Shown here: piece by piece, positions 28,085 through 37,311 of the stretch
How the letters are laid out: every line of letters begins with the position of its first letter
How positions within the stretch are numbered: position 1 is the first letter of the stretch
Virus record (IMG/VR): IMGVR_UViG_3300014911_000629
Origin: an uncultured virus (IMG/VR IMGVR_UViG_3300014911_000629)
Taxonomy: Duplodnaviria; Heunggongvirae; Uroviricota; Caudoviricetes
DNA: 64,000 nt
Reading direction: 5' to 3' (one strand)
Program-made: the position numbers and the translations under genes
Notes under the pieces: model-generated
Database searches by the model: none
What the model saw: only the letters and a program-made list of their open reading frames with translations
What the model was told of the DNA's origin: nothing

Positions 28085-28936
28085 TCACCAATATCTTACT
28101 ATCAACACAACTGATGCAAGACACATTGACAATCCTATGATTTGTGTGATTATTACCCAATATGAACTTGTTATGCTGATAGATGGCTTTAAACTGCTTG
28201 TTGGAGTATATGTCCTGAAATATAAATCGCCATTGGACATTTCATCCCAATTATTGTCAGCATTATTATCATAGTATAAATGACCTCTACTATAAACATC
28301 AGTTGTGTAATTTCCACCAACTGACCACCAACCGCCATCATCCAAATCGTCTGGCAAACTGTCTGTTGAAACTGCTATTATATAAAATGTTTCTCCAGCA
28401 CTTATGTCAAGTGGATTATCAGATAAATCCATGCCAACCCAGTATGCAGTTCTTGGTTGAAGTTGAGAATAATCCAAAGCACCATACATTAGCCAATCAT
28501 CAGGATTGTATGAAAGAGTTTTTGATATTCCTATATAGAGATAGTCATCAATAGTTCCCTTTCCGTTACCATCCCACCAACTTACCAATAACTGAAAACC
28601 AGTTAATGGCTCTCTATCGTTATACAAACCTTCTGCTATGAAGTTACAACCTCCCCAGTTAGGTGAATAATGAACTGCGAAACCTGCTGTATCTCCTTCT
28701 ACATAGCATTCTTGGTCTATTTCATCCCACGCTGGCTTTATAACAAGTGGCTTATAATTTGATGAACTCAAATCAAGGTCAGCATAATAAAGATATGGTG
28801 CTTTTTTACCAATATATGAATGTGTTATTTTAATCTCCTCTGTTAGCAAACTTTCCCCGAAAGTTCCAAATATGAATATTGTTAGACCTGCTATCAGCAA
28901 TGCAACAGCCAATATTCTAATATTTTTTCTTTTCAT
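28085..28936 (-). CDS. Membrane-anchored exported protein
   Basis: N- and C-terminal TMs; YSRGHLY...DLYFRTY beta module. Confidence 0.65.
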   Translation of the reverse strand: MKRKNIRILAVALLIAGLTIFIFGTFGESLLTEEIKITHSYIGKKAPYLYYADLDLSSSNYKPLVIKPAWDEIDQECYVEGDTAGFAVHYSPNWGGCNFIAEGLYNDREPLTGFQLLVSWWDGNGKGTIDDYLYIGISKTLSYNPDDWLMYGALDYSQLQPRTAYWVGMDLSDNPLDISAGETFYIIAVSTDSLPDDLDDGGWWSVGGNYTTDVYSRGHLYYDNNADNNWDEMSNGDLYFRTYTPTSSLKPSISITSSYWVIITQIIGLSMCLASVVLIVRYW

Positions 28937-30437
28937 TTTTATCCCTCCATGCTATAAATCCTATTGGAATTAACAACAGAAGTGCCAATATTCCAAATAA
29001 CCAGTAGTTCTTGCTCTGGTCTGTTTCTTCTGGAGGAGTTGGTGGAGGCGGTGTTGGATTTTCTCTAACAGTAACAACAGTTGTGTCTTCTGCCGTTGCA
29101 CCATCATCATCAGTTACATTGAGTTTAACAACAAATGTTCCAACAGTATGGAATGTAACATTTACTTTTTCTCCATGCAAGTCCCATATTCCATCGTTAT
29201 CTATATCCCACTTATAATCAACTATATAGCCATCTGGGTCATAACTATTTGAACCATCAAGAACTACCCATCTATCAGCATAACATTCATAAGGACCGCC
29301 TGCCTCCGCAACTGGTGGCTCATTTGTGGGAGGAGGCAGAGGCGGTGAAGAAATCATAACTGTTGTTGTATCTGTATCTGAATATTGACCATCACTTACC
29401 TTGAGAACAACATTGAAAGTTCCTGCCTGATAGTATGTAACATTTACTATCCTACCAGTTAAATCATATGTTCCATCTCCATCAACATCCCACTCATATG
29501 AGAGTGGATTTCCATCAGGGTCATAACTTCCAGAGCCATCAAGTTGTATATTTTCGCCAATCATTCCAGAATACGGACCGTCGGCATCTGCAACTGGGGG
29601 ATTATTAACATTTGTAACCGTAACAGTAGTAACATCATCATCAACAAGACCATTATTCTGCACTACTCTTAATCTAACTTCGTATATTCCTGCCTTGCCA
29701 AAAACTACCTTAACCTTTTTTCCAACCAAATCCCATGTTCCATCATTATATATATCCCATATATATTCTACAAGAAAACATTTGTAACCCATACGGTAAC
29801 TACCACTTCCGTCGAGCATTAATGTTTCACCCACGCTTGTTAAATATGGTCCGCCTGCTTTTGCTACTGGTGGAAATTGATACCATGTATCTGTTGTGTT
29901 TCCACCATAAAAATAGAAAAAGTGTGCAGGATACCATATTGATTGACCAACTCCAGTAGGAGGATTTTCACAGTAATAAACCTCTACCTTCCAATAATAT
30001 GCATGCTCTCTATCTGTGAGGAAATTGCTTTCATCCGTTACTTCACTAACATAATATTTTACATAGTATGTATCATCATCTTCCTTTATTATTTCAGCAT
30101 GTTCATTAGAATATCCTGCTAACCATATTCTTTCTGTTCTCCTTTCTATCTCCTCTCCACAATAAAATATATCATACTGAATTTTTACAAATGTGTGGTC
30201 TGGAGGAGCATTTGTATCAATGTAGAACCCAAAATACTCTGGAGGAAGTTGCCAATGCAATCCATCCGCATGCTTTGGATATGGATTATATACATAACAA
30301 TAAAAATCATCATATGGATTATCCCCATACCATTTTATTTTAAAAAGATAACCCTGATGATATGCGAAAAAAATTGAAGCAAGTAACACCAAACTTATAA
30401 TAATTGATGATATGATTACCTTATCTCTTTTATTCAT
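28917..30437 (-). CDS. Surface protein with three PKD domains and C-terminal TM
   Basis: Three PPVA.A.GPY...LDGS.SY...WD..DG repeats. Confidence 0.85.
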   Translation of the reverse strand: MNKRDKVIISSIIISLVLLASIFFAYHQGYLFKIKWYGDNPYDDFYCYVYNPYPKHADGLHWQLPPEYFGFYIDTNAPPDHTFVKIQYDIFYCGEEIERRTERIWLAGYSNEHAEIIKEDDDTYYVKYYVSEVTDESNFLTDREHAYYWKVEVYYCENPPTGVGQSIWYPAHFFYFYGGNTTDTWYQFPPVAKAGGPYLTSVGETLMLDGSGSYRMGYKCFLVEYIWDIYNDGTWDLVGKKVKVVFGKAGIYEVRLRVVQNNGLVDDDVTTVTVTNVNNPPVADADGPYSGMIGENIQLDGSGSYDPDGNPLSYEWDVDGDGTYDLTGRIVNVTYYQAGTFNVVLKVSDGQYSDTDTTTVMISSPPLPPPTNEPPVAEAGGPYECYADRWVVLDGSNSYDPDGYIVDYKWDIDNDGIWDLHGEKVNVTFHTVGTFVVKLNVTDDDGATAEDTTVVTVRENPTPPPPTPPEETDQSKNYWLFGILALLLLIPIGFIAWRDKNEKKKY

Positions 30438-30459
30438 ATTTAGTAATTTTATTTCAAAA

Positions 30460-30496
30460 TATAAATTTTGGTGGGTATAGTGGGAAAATTTTTAAA
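30460..30496. promoter_or_regulatory. Class A promoter, copy 6 (bidirectional)
   Basis: tataaattttggtgggtatagtgggaaaatttttaaa; 23 nt from ATG 30437 (-) and about 21 nt from ATG 30517 (+). Confidence 0.85.
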
Positions 30497-30516
30497 CGGT
30501 AATTGTATATAAACCC

Positions 30517-32013
30517 ATGAGAGAAAGGATAGCAACTGTTATCATAATGGTAGTTCTGTTAGCATGTATAAATGCTTCTGCAATAGAGGTAAATCCTCCT
30601 ATTCTTGAAATAGAAGGAGAAAGTGGAGATTTTGTGTTGCAGAGCATAGAGATATATAATGATAGAGATACGGAAACGGTTGTAAATATAACGGTTGCAG
30701 GCATCAGTAACTATTATCTTCCAAAAAGCACATATGTTTTAAAACCATATGAACGCAAGACAATAACGATAGGATTTACAATTTCTGGCAGTGCTAATGG
30801 TTTTATAACGTATGAATATAATGGAGAGGTTCTGACACAGATAGTGAGCATAAACGCAGAGAAGAATGTCATAATATTTCCACAAAATCCAAAGGCAGGG
30901 ACATCAATTGCTATAATAACAACATCAGATGAGAAGGCGAATGGATTTTTATTTGTAAGCGAGACAGGAAGGCAGTATCCTGTGATATTGAGTGGTATGC
31001 CCATAACCTTTGTAAATATAAGTAAGGATGATTATGGGAGTGCCATGATAGTATTGATATGGGAGGATAAAGAAGTAACATATCATTATATAAACATAAC
31101 AAAGGCGAAGGAGACAGAGGAGAAAAAGTTGGCAATTGACTTTGGTGGAGATAAAACAATAAAGTATGGTTCTACAAGGATTATAACTTTAAAATATGGA
31201 GATGAGCCAGTTGATGGTAGTTTCATAATAGTAAAGCCAGATGGTAGTCAGATATTGAAAGATGCTAATGCACTTGGACAGATAACAGTAACGTTTAATC
31301 AAGCAGGGCAATGGACATTTATAGCGAATTATAAAGATGCAACAGTATCAGATGCAGTAACGGTTAAGAAGGGTTCTATATCTGTGAGTGTTCCAGATAA
31401 AGTTTATGTTGGTGAAGAAATAGAAATAGAGGTTTCAGAAGATAAGGGGAATTTCACAATAGTAACACCTAAAGATGAATATATAGATGGCGAGTTTAGA
31501 CATGGAGTAATAAAATTTACACCAGATGAAGCAGGAGAATATGAAATAACAATAAATTGCGAGGGTGCTGAAGAAACAGATACATTTAGAGCATACCATG
31601 AACCAAAAATTGTATTAAAGAAAGGATTTCTTGAAGTATATCCTTCTGAAATAAAATCTGGAGAAACATATGATGTATATGTTGTTGATGCCAATACTGG
31701 AGAGGTCATAGATGGAGTTCAGTATATAAGCGTAGTTCATGAAGGAGTGCAGGAATACATAACTCTCGTAAATGGTGTTGGAAAATTTACTCCAAAATCA
31801 GGATATTACACGTTTTCAATAAGTAGAGATGATAAAAATTTCATAGATGCATACTCCACATATATAACAGTGTATGGTAGCGGAGGCGGAGGCATAAAAG
31901 GTTCTACTATAATTATAATAGTGGCAATAATTGTTATATTGCTTGTGCTTGCATACTTATATAAGAAAGGAATAATTAGTTTTCCAAGCAAGCCACCGAC
32001 ACTTGAAAGGTGA
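30517..32013 (+). CDS. Membrane-anchored multi-Ig surface protein
   Basis: Signal peptide, repeated FNQAGQW/FTPDEAGEY beta modules, C-terminal TM. Confidence 0.75.
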   Translation: MRERIATVIIMVVLLACINASAIEVNPPILEIEGESGDFVLQSIEIYNDRDTETVVNITVAGISNYYLPKSTYVLKPYERKTITIGFTISGSANGFITYEYNGEVLTQIVSINAEKNVIIFPQNPKAGTSIAIITTSDEKANGFLFVSETGRQYPVILSGMPITFVNISKDDYGSAMIVLIWEDKEVTYHYINITKAKETEEKKLAIDFGGDKTIKYGSTRIITLKYGDEPVDGSFIIVKPDGSQILKDANALGQITVTFNQAGQWTFIANYKDATVSDAVTVKKGSISVSVPDKVYVGEEIEIEVSEDKGNFTIVTPKDEYIDGEFRHGVIKFTPDEAGEYEITINCEGAEETDTFRAYHEPKIVLKKGFLEVYPSEIKSGETYDVYVVDANTGEVIDGVQYISVVHEGVQEYITLVNGVGKFTPKSGYYTFSISRDDKNFIDAYSTYITVYGSGGGGIKGSTIIIIVAIIVILLVLAYLYKKGIISFPSKPPTLER

Positions 32014-32018
32014 TTTAG

Positions 32019-32351
32019 ATGGCAACAATAACAAGAATAGTATGCCCGATGTGCATGCACAACTTTCTTGATAGAGATATACGCAACAAGAAAAGATTTC
32101 TGATGTTTGATGTAAATAAAAATCATTTTGTCCTGATAGAAGAAACCATTGGAGGTAAAATTGCAGGAACAGGTAGAGGATATAGAGGTAGTGCTAAAGC
32201 AACTGGTTTCAATGTTATTGAGAGATTAACTATCGAGGAGGCAAAAAATACACACATGTATGATGATATTCTATTGCAACTGAAACAGCAAGTAATAAAT
32301 TTAGCAAGAGAACTAATAAGGTTGGGAATTATGAAGCGTAGTGATATTTAG
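32019..32351 (+). CDS. Hypothetical protein (CPMC motif)
   Basis: GGTGA SD; in operon. Confidence 0.6.
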   Translation: MATITRIVCPMCMHNFLDRDIRNKKRFLMFDVNKNHFVLIEETIGGKIAGTGRGYRGSAKATGFNVIERLTIEEAKNTHMYDDILLQLKQQVINLARELIRLGIMKRSDI

Positions 32352-32357
32352 CCAGAT

Positions 32358-32618
32358 TTACTTCATCTGATTCAATCTTTTATGTATCTTTTTTTCTTGT
32401 GTATGATGATACCATGCAAGCAATCTCATTATCGTAGCGATTATTACGAGAGGCAATAGTATGTAGAAGCATATTATCTCCGCTTTGAAAACCATTCCAA
32501 GAACCATTATGAACAACATTGTAAGCAAAAAGTATGTTGCATATCGCTCATATTTATGTTCCTTCATGCTGTGTTCATAACGCTTTTTATATAACTTTAC
32601 TTCAAGCATTTCACTCAC
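32358..32618 (-). CDS. Two-TM membrane protein
   Basis: Hydrophobic hairpin. Confidence 0.6.
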   Translation of the reverse strand: MSEMLEVKLYKKRYEHSMKEHKYERYATYFLLTMLFIMVLGMVFKAEIICFYILLPLVIIATIMRLLAWYHHTQEKKIHKRLNQMK

Positions 32619-33420
32619 CTGAACCGCTTAAAACTTTTTTAACCATCTTTTCAACCATCTTTTCAAGTTGTTTTGTAGTTGCACTTTCAAATTCTTCTTT
32701 ATGTGCCTCAAAGAACTTTCTAAATTCAGGATTTTTATTTGACAATACAACTATATCAACATAATTTCTCAATTTTGCAAATGCATCCTCAAAATTCTTT
32801 GAAATAGATGTAGTTCCTCTCGCAGTGGGCAACGGCAGTGATGATATTAGAGTGTTTATTGCTTCTGAAATTCTATATCTTATCATTTCACTTGGAACTT
32901 CTACATAAGGAATGATGTTATCTCTTATGAACTCACATGTCATTATGAAGTTGTCCCTTATCGAAGCATGTGTTGTTGCATCATGAAGCATCCTTGTAAG
33001 TTCCTTTACTTTTTCATTGAGAACGGCGATATAATCAACTATTGTAACCTTTTGCTGACCTATGTATATTCCACAACCTCCAATATAGTTGATTATGGCA
33101 TTCAGTTGTTCAAAACAATCATCTCTTTTCAAAAGGTTATTGCCTATAGTATCATAAGAGGATTTAACAGTATTGATGAGTTCATCGAACATATTATTCA
33201 ATGTAGATACGCTGATGCCTCTATTTAGAAAAATTGAAAGTATTTTTGCATGAAAACCCCTTATGTTTTCAAGTGCTTTATTCCACTCAAAATTTATTAT
33301 GTTTTCTGATATTAGCGATAGATAAATTCGTATCTCATCATATATACTTATTTTTGCAATCTCTCCTTCTATCTCTTTTTTCAATCTTTCAATTTCTTTC
33401 TCTTTCTCCTTTTTACTCAC
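32611..33420 (-). CDS. Helical hypothetical protein
   Basis: Long ORF, GTG start. Confidence 0.65.
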   Translation of the reverse strand: MSKKEKEKEIERLKKEIEGEIAKISIYDEIRIYLSLISENIINFEWNKALENIRGFHAKILSIFLNRGISVSTLNNMFDELINTVKSSYDTIGNNLLKRDDCFEQLNAIINYIGGCGIYIGQQKVTIVDYIAVLNEKVKELTRMLHDATTHASIRDNFIMTCEFIRDNIIPYVEVPSEMIRYRISEAINTLISSLPLPTARGTTSISKNFEDAFAKLRNYVDIVVLSNKNPEFRKFFEAHKEEFESATTKQLEKMVEKMVKKVLSGSGE

Positions 33421-33515
33421 AAAAATAAATATTAAATCAATTTAAAAAAATAACTAATTCACAATAAGGGAAGAAGGGGGAAATTACCGATATACTGGGT
33501 TGAAAGTGTGTTGTT

Positions 33516-33893
33516 TTATTCTCCTCCCTTTTCTCCTCCCTTTCCTTTTAACTTCAAGCCAACACAGACATTAAAGGATGTCTCTCCCTCTTTTCTTGGT
33601 TTATATTTCCTGTTAAACTCTGCTGGGTCTTCCTCCTTTTCCTCCTTGCACGCCTCAATAGCAGGTTCTATGGCTTTCTGTTTTGCCCTTATTTTCTTTG
33701 CTTCCTCAAATGTCATTCCGTGTTTTTTTGCCCATTTCTTGAGTTCATCATCACTCATATTTTTTACGTCCTTCAAATGCATTGGTTCTGGTTTGCTCTT
33801 CATTATTTGCTGTCCTCTTCTACCCTGAAATGTTACTTCCCCAAGTGCGGTATTCATACTTCCTCTTATATATCCACCTTTCAGCACAGCCAT
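33516..33893 (-). CDS. Small basic protein, candidate nucleic-acid-binding/nucleocapsid protein
   Basis: Class A promoter, strong GGTGAG SD, Lys/Arg-rich, AIEAC...FNVCV Cys pair. Confidence 0.7.
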   Translation of the reverse strand: MAVLKGGYIRGSMNTALGEVTFQGRRGQQIMKSKPEPMHLKDVKNMSDDELKKWAKKHGMTFEEAKKIRAKQKAIEPAIEACKEEKEEDPAEFNRKYKPRKEGETSFNVCVGLKLKGKGGEKGGE

Positions 33894-33925
33894 TTTCTCA
33901 CCAATTATGAAATATAGAGAGAGTA

Positions 33926-33953
33926 TTTAAATTTTGGTGGGAATAACGGGAAA
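33926..33953 (-). promoter_or_regulatory. Class A promoter, copy 7
   Basis: tttaaattttggtgggaataacgggaaa; 33 nt from ATG 33893 (short SD leader). Confidence 0.85.
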
Positions 33954-34025
33954 AACGTAAATTTTACAAAATTTGAAAACTTTTCAAAATTTGGAAAATT
34001 ATTAATAAATCTGACTATTGTGTAA

Positions 34026-34502
34026 ATGGTGAGTATGATGAGTAAGAAAAATAAATATATACTAATAGGAGTTGTTATAGTTCTGCTTTTGGGTGTTACC
34101 AGAATAATTCAACCGACTACTAATGCAGAATTGTATGGAGGAACTCCATCATACGAAGATAATAGAGTAATGGAATTTGGATATGGAGAACCTGTGTATT
34201 TGAATACATCGTGCTTTTTCTTTCACATTATACCAATATCAATATATTGCTCTGGACCAGTTCTTATAGAAATAAGCAAATGGAATGGCTCTGATTGGGA
34301 AATAATTGTCTATCCTCCCATAACATTATGTTCTACATTTAAGTTTTATATAAATCAAAAAACTACATATTGTTTAAATGACCTACTCGAAAATTCTACT
34401 GGTTATAGAGAATTTCCAATAGGATATTACAAAGTATCAACAACAATTGCAGGAAATGAATATATCCATTACTTTATAGTTACAGAGCCAATTCTCCCAT
34501 AA
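34026..34502 (+). CDS. Exported protein with single Ig-like domain
   Basis: N-terminal TM/signal; PIGYYKV. Confidence 0.6.
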   Translation: MVSMMSKKNKYILIGVVIVLLLGVTRIIQPTTNAELYGGTPSYEDNRVMEFGYGEPVYLNTSCFFFHIIPISIYCSGPVLIEISKWNGSDWEIIVYPPITLCSTFKFYINQKTTYCLNDLLENSTGYREFPIGYYKVSTTIAGNEYIHYFIVTEPILP

Positions 34503-34506
34503 TAAA

Positions 34507-34581
34507 TAGCGGGGGGCGGATTTGAACCGCCGTTCTTCGGGTAATGAACCCGACGGGTTATCCTGACTACCCTACCCCGCT
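34507..34581 (-). tRNA. Initiator tRNA-Met (CAT)
   Basis: AGCGGGG acceptor with A1-U72, D-arm GGGT/ACCC, anticodon stem TCGGG/CCCGA (three G-C pairs), loop TTCATTA, T-loop TTCAAAT; CCA not encoded. Confidence 0.93.
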
Positions 34582-34582
34582 A

Positions 34583-35560
34583 TCAACATCCTACAATTTT
34601 CAAATTCCTGAAAGTTCTCTCATATTTATGTTCTGCTATACACAAACTATCTATATCAAGAACACGCTCCGCAAATAACCTTCTCCCGACAGGACAGGTT
34701 ATGCTATCAGGCGACAGGCGACACCCACCACGACATGCTGATTTTCTTATACAATACCTGCATTCTGGCTTTATATTCACATAGTTTCTATGATATTCCA
34801 AACCTTTTTCAACAAAATATTCATAGTCATGGTCATAGACATTGCCAAAAACTGTTTCTCTCAACCACTGGCATGGATTTACATTTCCGTTTTCATCAAC
34901 ATGCAATCTATACCTGCCTGCCTGACATGTGCTTTTTTTATAACCGCAGAACTGCCAGAATTGTGGAGAATATATGCTAACGTTATCATATTTAACTGCC
35001 CACTTAAATAAATTCAATTGAAACTTAATATCAAAGGGTTCTCTAATGCCAAGAAGCGGAAAATACATGACACCTATTCCAAATTCATCCGCTATTTTTT
35101 TCACTGGCGATATATCTTTCTTATTGTCATTGCTTATAGTCATCCTTATCCATACTGATTTTATATTACCCTTGTTTTTTTCCTCTGCAAGATATTTGAT
35201 AACTTCAACGGTTTTCTTCCACATACCTTTGCCCCTATAATAATCATGAAATTCCTCCATACCATCCAAACTCACAGCATAGTGGATGTTATCTCCAGTT
35301 ATAAGACGCTCTGGATGTTTATATAAAATTATGCCATTTGTGTATATCGTTATTGACCTGTTGCCAAACAAATCAACTATTTTATCCAAATCCTTTCTGA
35401 TAAATGGCTCACCTCCAAGTATTCCAACACTCGATACATCAAATGTTGTTGCTACCTTTTCGATTGCTTCCATAGGTATGCTACTCTTAAATAACTTATC
35501 AACGAGGCAGTGTCGGCAGTTTAAATTGCAGGCGTTGGTTACTGATAGAACTAACTGCAT
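34583..35560 (-). CDS. Radical SAM protein with SPASM domain
   Basis: CNLNCRHC, GGEP, TNG, SLDG; CQAG...G.V.PC...CRYC....CRGGC. Confidence 0.92.
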   Translation of the reverse strand: MQLVLSVTNACNLNCRHCLVDKLFKSSIPMEAIEKVATTFDVSSVGILGGEPFIRKDLDKIVDLFGNRSITIYTNGIILYKHPERLITGDNIHYAVSLDGMEEFHDYYRGKGMWKKTVEVIKYLAEEKNKGNIKSVWIRMTISNDNKKDISPVKKIADEFGIGVMYFPLLGIREPFDIKFQLNLFKWAVKYDNVSIYSPQFWQFCGYKKSTCQAGRYRLHVDENGNVNPCQWLRETVFGNVYDHDYEYFVEKGLEYHRNYVNIKPECRYCIRKSACRGGCRLSPDSITCPVGRRLFAERVLDIDSLCIAEHKYERTFRNLKIVGC

Positions 35561-35562
35561 AA

Positions 35563-35826
35563 TTATTCTACTGGTTCTTCCTCGACCATCGGTTCTTCTC
35601 TTTCCTCATGAACTGCTCTCCTCTTTTTTATAACTTTAAGAGGAGGTTCTCTGAAAACTTTAGAGCCATCTGGTCTTTCTTCTTCTTCAACAACGCATCC
35701 AACTCCTTCGACGAATTTTCCTTTTAAAATTACCTCACATTCATCTTTAGTCATCAAGTCATCCTTAATTATAGTAGTCCCCTTATGCAAATTTTCCTCA
35801 TCTTCCTTATTTTTTCTAAACACCAT
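35563..35826 (-). CDS. Two-Cys miniprotein 3
   Basis: KDECEVILKGKFVEGVGCVV; start MVFRK after GGTGAG. Confidence 0.7.
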   Translation of the reverse strand: MVFRKNKEDEENLHKGTTIIKDDLMTKDECEVILKGKFVEGVGCVVEEEERPDGSKVFREPPLKVIKKRRAVHEEREEPMVEEEPVE

Positions 35827-35827
35827 A

Positions 35828-35989
35828 CTACTCACCCTCCTTACCTACATATTCTTCTTCACCATCCCCATTTATTTTTACCTTATATCGGCATATGCCT
35901 GTTTTGAAATCATACTCACCGCTAATCGCAAGGCATGAAATCAAGTCCATTTTTTCTTCTCTAATCTCAACTTTTACTGGCGTTGCCAT
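35828..35989 (-). CDS. Two-Cys miniprotein 2 (53 aa, not in ORF track)
   Basis: MATPVKVEIREEKMDLISCLAISGEYDFKTGICRYKVKINGDGEEEYVGKEGE; fills the gap between its neighbours. Confidence 0.75.
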   Translation of the reverse strand: MATPVKVEIREEKMDLISCLAISGEYDFKTGICRYKVKINGDGEEEYVGKEGE

Positions 35990-35990
35990 A

Positions 35991-36167
35991 CTAATCCTTC
36001 AACTCGTCTTCTTCAAGAGGTTCAATGCTGACTTTCTTTGGCATGCTCTCATCAACTATTATCTTTACTTTGCATCTGCCGTCTTTATCAACTGTTCCAC
36101 CCATGAGGCGACATACCTCTGGGTCTAAATTTTCTATCTTTACTGGATTTTTATACACTTTCGCCAT
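35991..36167 (-). CDS. Two-Cys miniprotein 1 (58 aa)
   Basis: MAKVYKNPVKIENLDPEVCRLMGGTVDKDGRCKVKI...; GGGGTGA SD. Confidence 0.75.
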   Translation of the reverse strand: MAKVYKNPVKIENLDPEVCRLMGGTVDKDGRCKVKIIVDESMPKKVSIEPLEEDELKD

Positions 36168-36181
36168 ATTTATCACCCCTT

Positions 36182-36916
36182 TCAACTATTAACTGGAGGA
36201 GGACTTTTAAACTTTACCCTATCTCCTTCAATCTTTACACATCCAATTGATACAAGATAATTCAGATAGTTCTCAAACATTGCATCTCCTCTAATCCATT
36301 TCCTCGCATCTATGAACTCATATTTTAGTTCGCTTATAGGAACGCCAGCACCGCCTGCCTCCTCAATGTATTTCATCATGTGATAAACAATCGGTTCATA
36401 GCCCCTAACGAACTCATACATCTTGTCAAATGTTGTTACTGATATTCCGATAGTATATCTTTCAATTTTTATTATCTTTCCTACCTTCTCCTGCTCAACT
36501 GCAAGATAACCAAACCTTTCCATCTCATCAATGATTTTATCTATGTATTTCCTTGCCCATCTTGTGTCTGGTAAAACACGCAAATCATAAATCAATGCAT
36601 TTTTTATACCATCTCTTGTTAGTTTTCTCTCTGCCACAACACGCTGAATTAATTGATAATAGACGTCAGCACCAGCACATATTTTGTCTTCAGGTATTTC
36701 TTCTTCAAAGTATATAACAGTTCCACCGTGATGCATCTTCTTTGTAACAATCATCTGGTTTGGATATTCGGCATCCAAGCCAAGAGTTACAGTATATGGA
36801 AGTCGTATCGTAACACCAGAGCGTCTAACGTGTGTTTCCCTTCCAGAGTAACCTTTAACCCCCTGTGCAAATTCCGACATTGTTATTCCTTTTCTTGGAA
36901 CTACCTTCTTCTTCAT
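36182..36916 (-). CDS. Winged-helix-like protein
   Basis: IIDEMERFGYL and YLNYLVSIGCVKIEGDRVK wHTH-like segments. Confidence 0.6.
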   Translation of the reverse strand: MKKKVVPRKGITMSEFAQGVKGYSGRETHVRRSGVTIRLPYTVTLGLDAEYPNQMIVTKKMHHGGTVIYFEEEIPEDKICAGADVYYQLIQRVVAERKLTRDGIKNALIYDLRVLPDTRWARKYIDKIIDEMERFGYLAVEQEKVGKIIKIERYTIGISVTTFDKMYEFVRGYEPIVYHMMKYIEEAGGAGVPISELKYEFIDARKWIRGDAMFENYLNYLVSIGCVKIEGDRVKFKSPPPVNS

Positions 36917-37311
36917 ATTACCACTGGCTTATACATATACCTTTCAAACTCCGATATTAACTTTCTTGAAAGTGTGGCAATCCTTTCCTCTATTGTTTTT
37001 GTAACTACGCCAGTGTATTTTCTTTCAAGTGCTACGATGTGTGGTATTCCTCTTTCAAATCCTTCTTTCCAGAATACAAGTATTGGAACTACTCTATCTC
37101 CAAGTTTTTCATCACAGAATGTTCGCCACCACATATATTTGGCATCCCTCCTTACTGATACATTGACCCTGTCTATCGGTATAGTAGTTCTTAAATCAAG
37201 TTCATCAACTATTCTAACAAATCTTCTGCATATTGGACATTCATATTTATAGTAATACACGAACTCTGGTGTCTGCAACTCTTCCTGCAAATCTAAAACT
37301 ATATGCCTCAT
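36913..37311 (-). CDS. Thioredoxin/glutaredoxin-like protein
   Basis: YYYKYECPIC active-site-like motif; VVPILVF cis-Pro-like strand. Confidence 0.7.
   Translation of the reverse strand: MRHIVLDLQEELQTPEFVYYYKYECPICRRFVRIVDELDLRTTIPIDRVNVSVRRDAKYMWWRTFCDEKLGDRVVPILVFWKEGFERGIPHIVALERKYTGVVTKTIEERIATLSRKLISEFERYMYKPVVI

Noticed and set aside
34507..34581. tRNA as an attL/attR integration boundary
   Set aside because: No duplicated tRNA fragment seen, the same promoter motif occurs on both sides, and the integrase is 5 kb away
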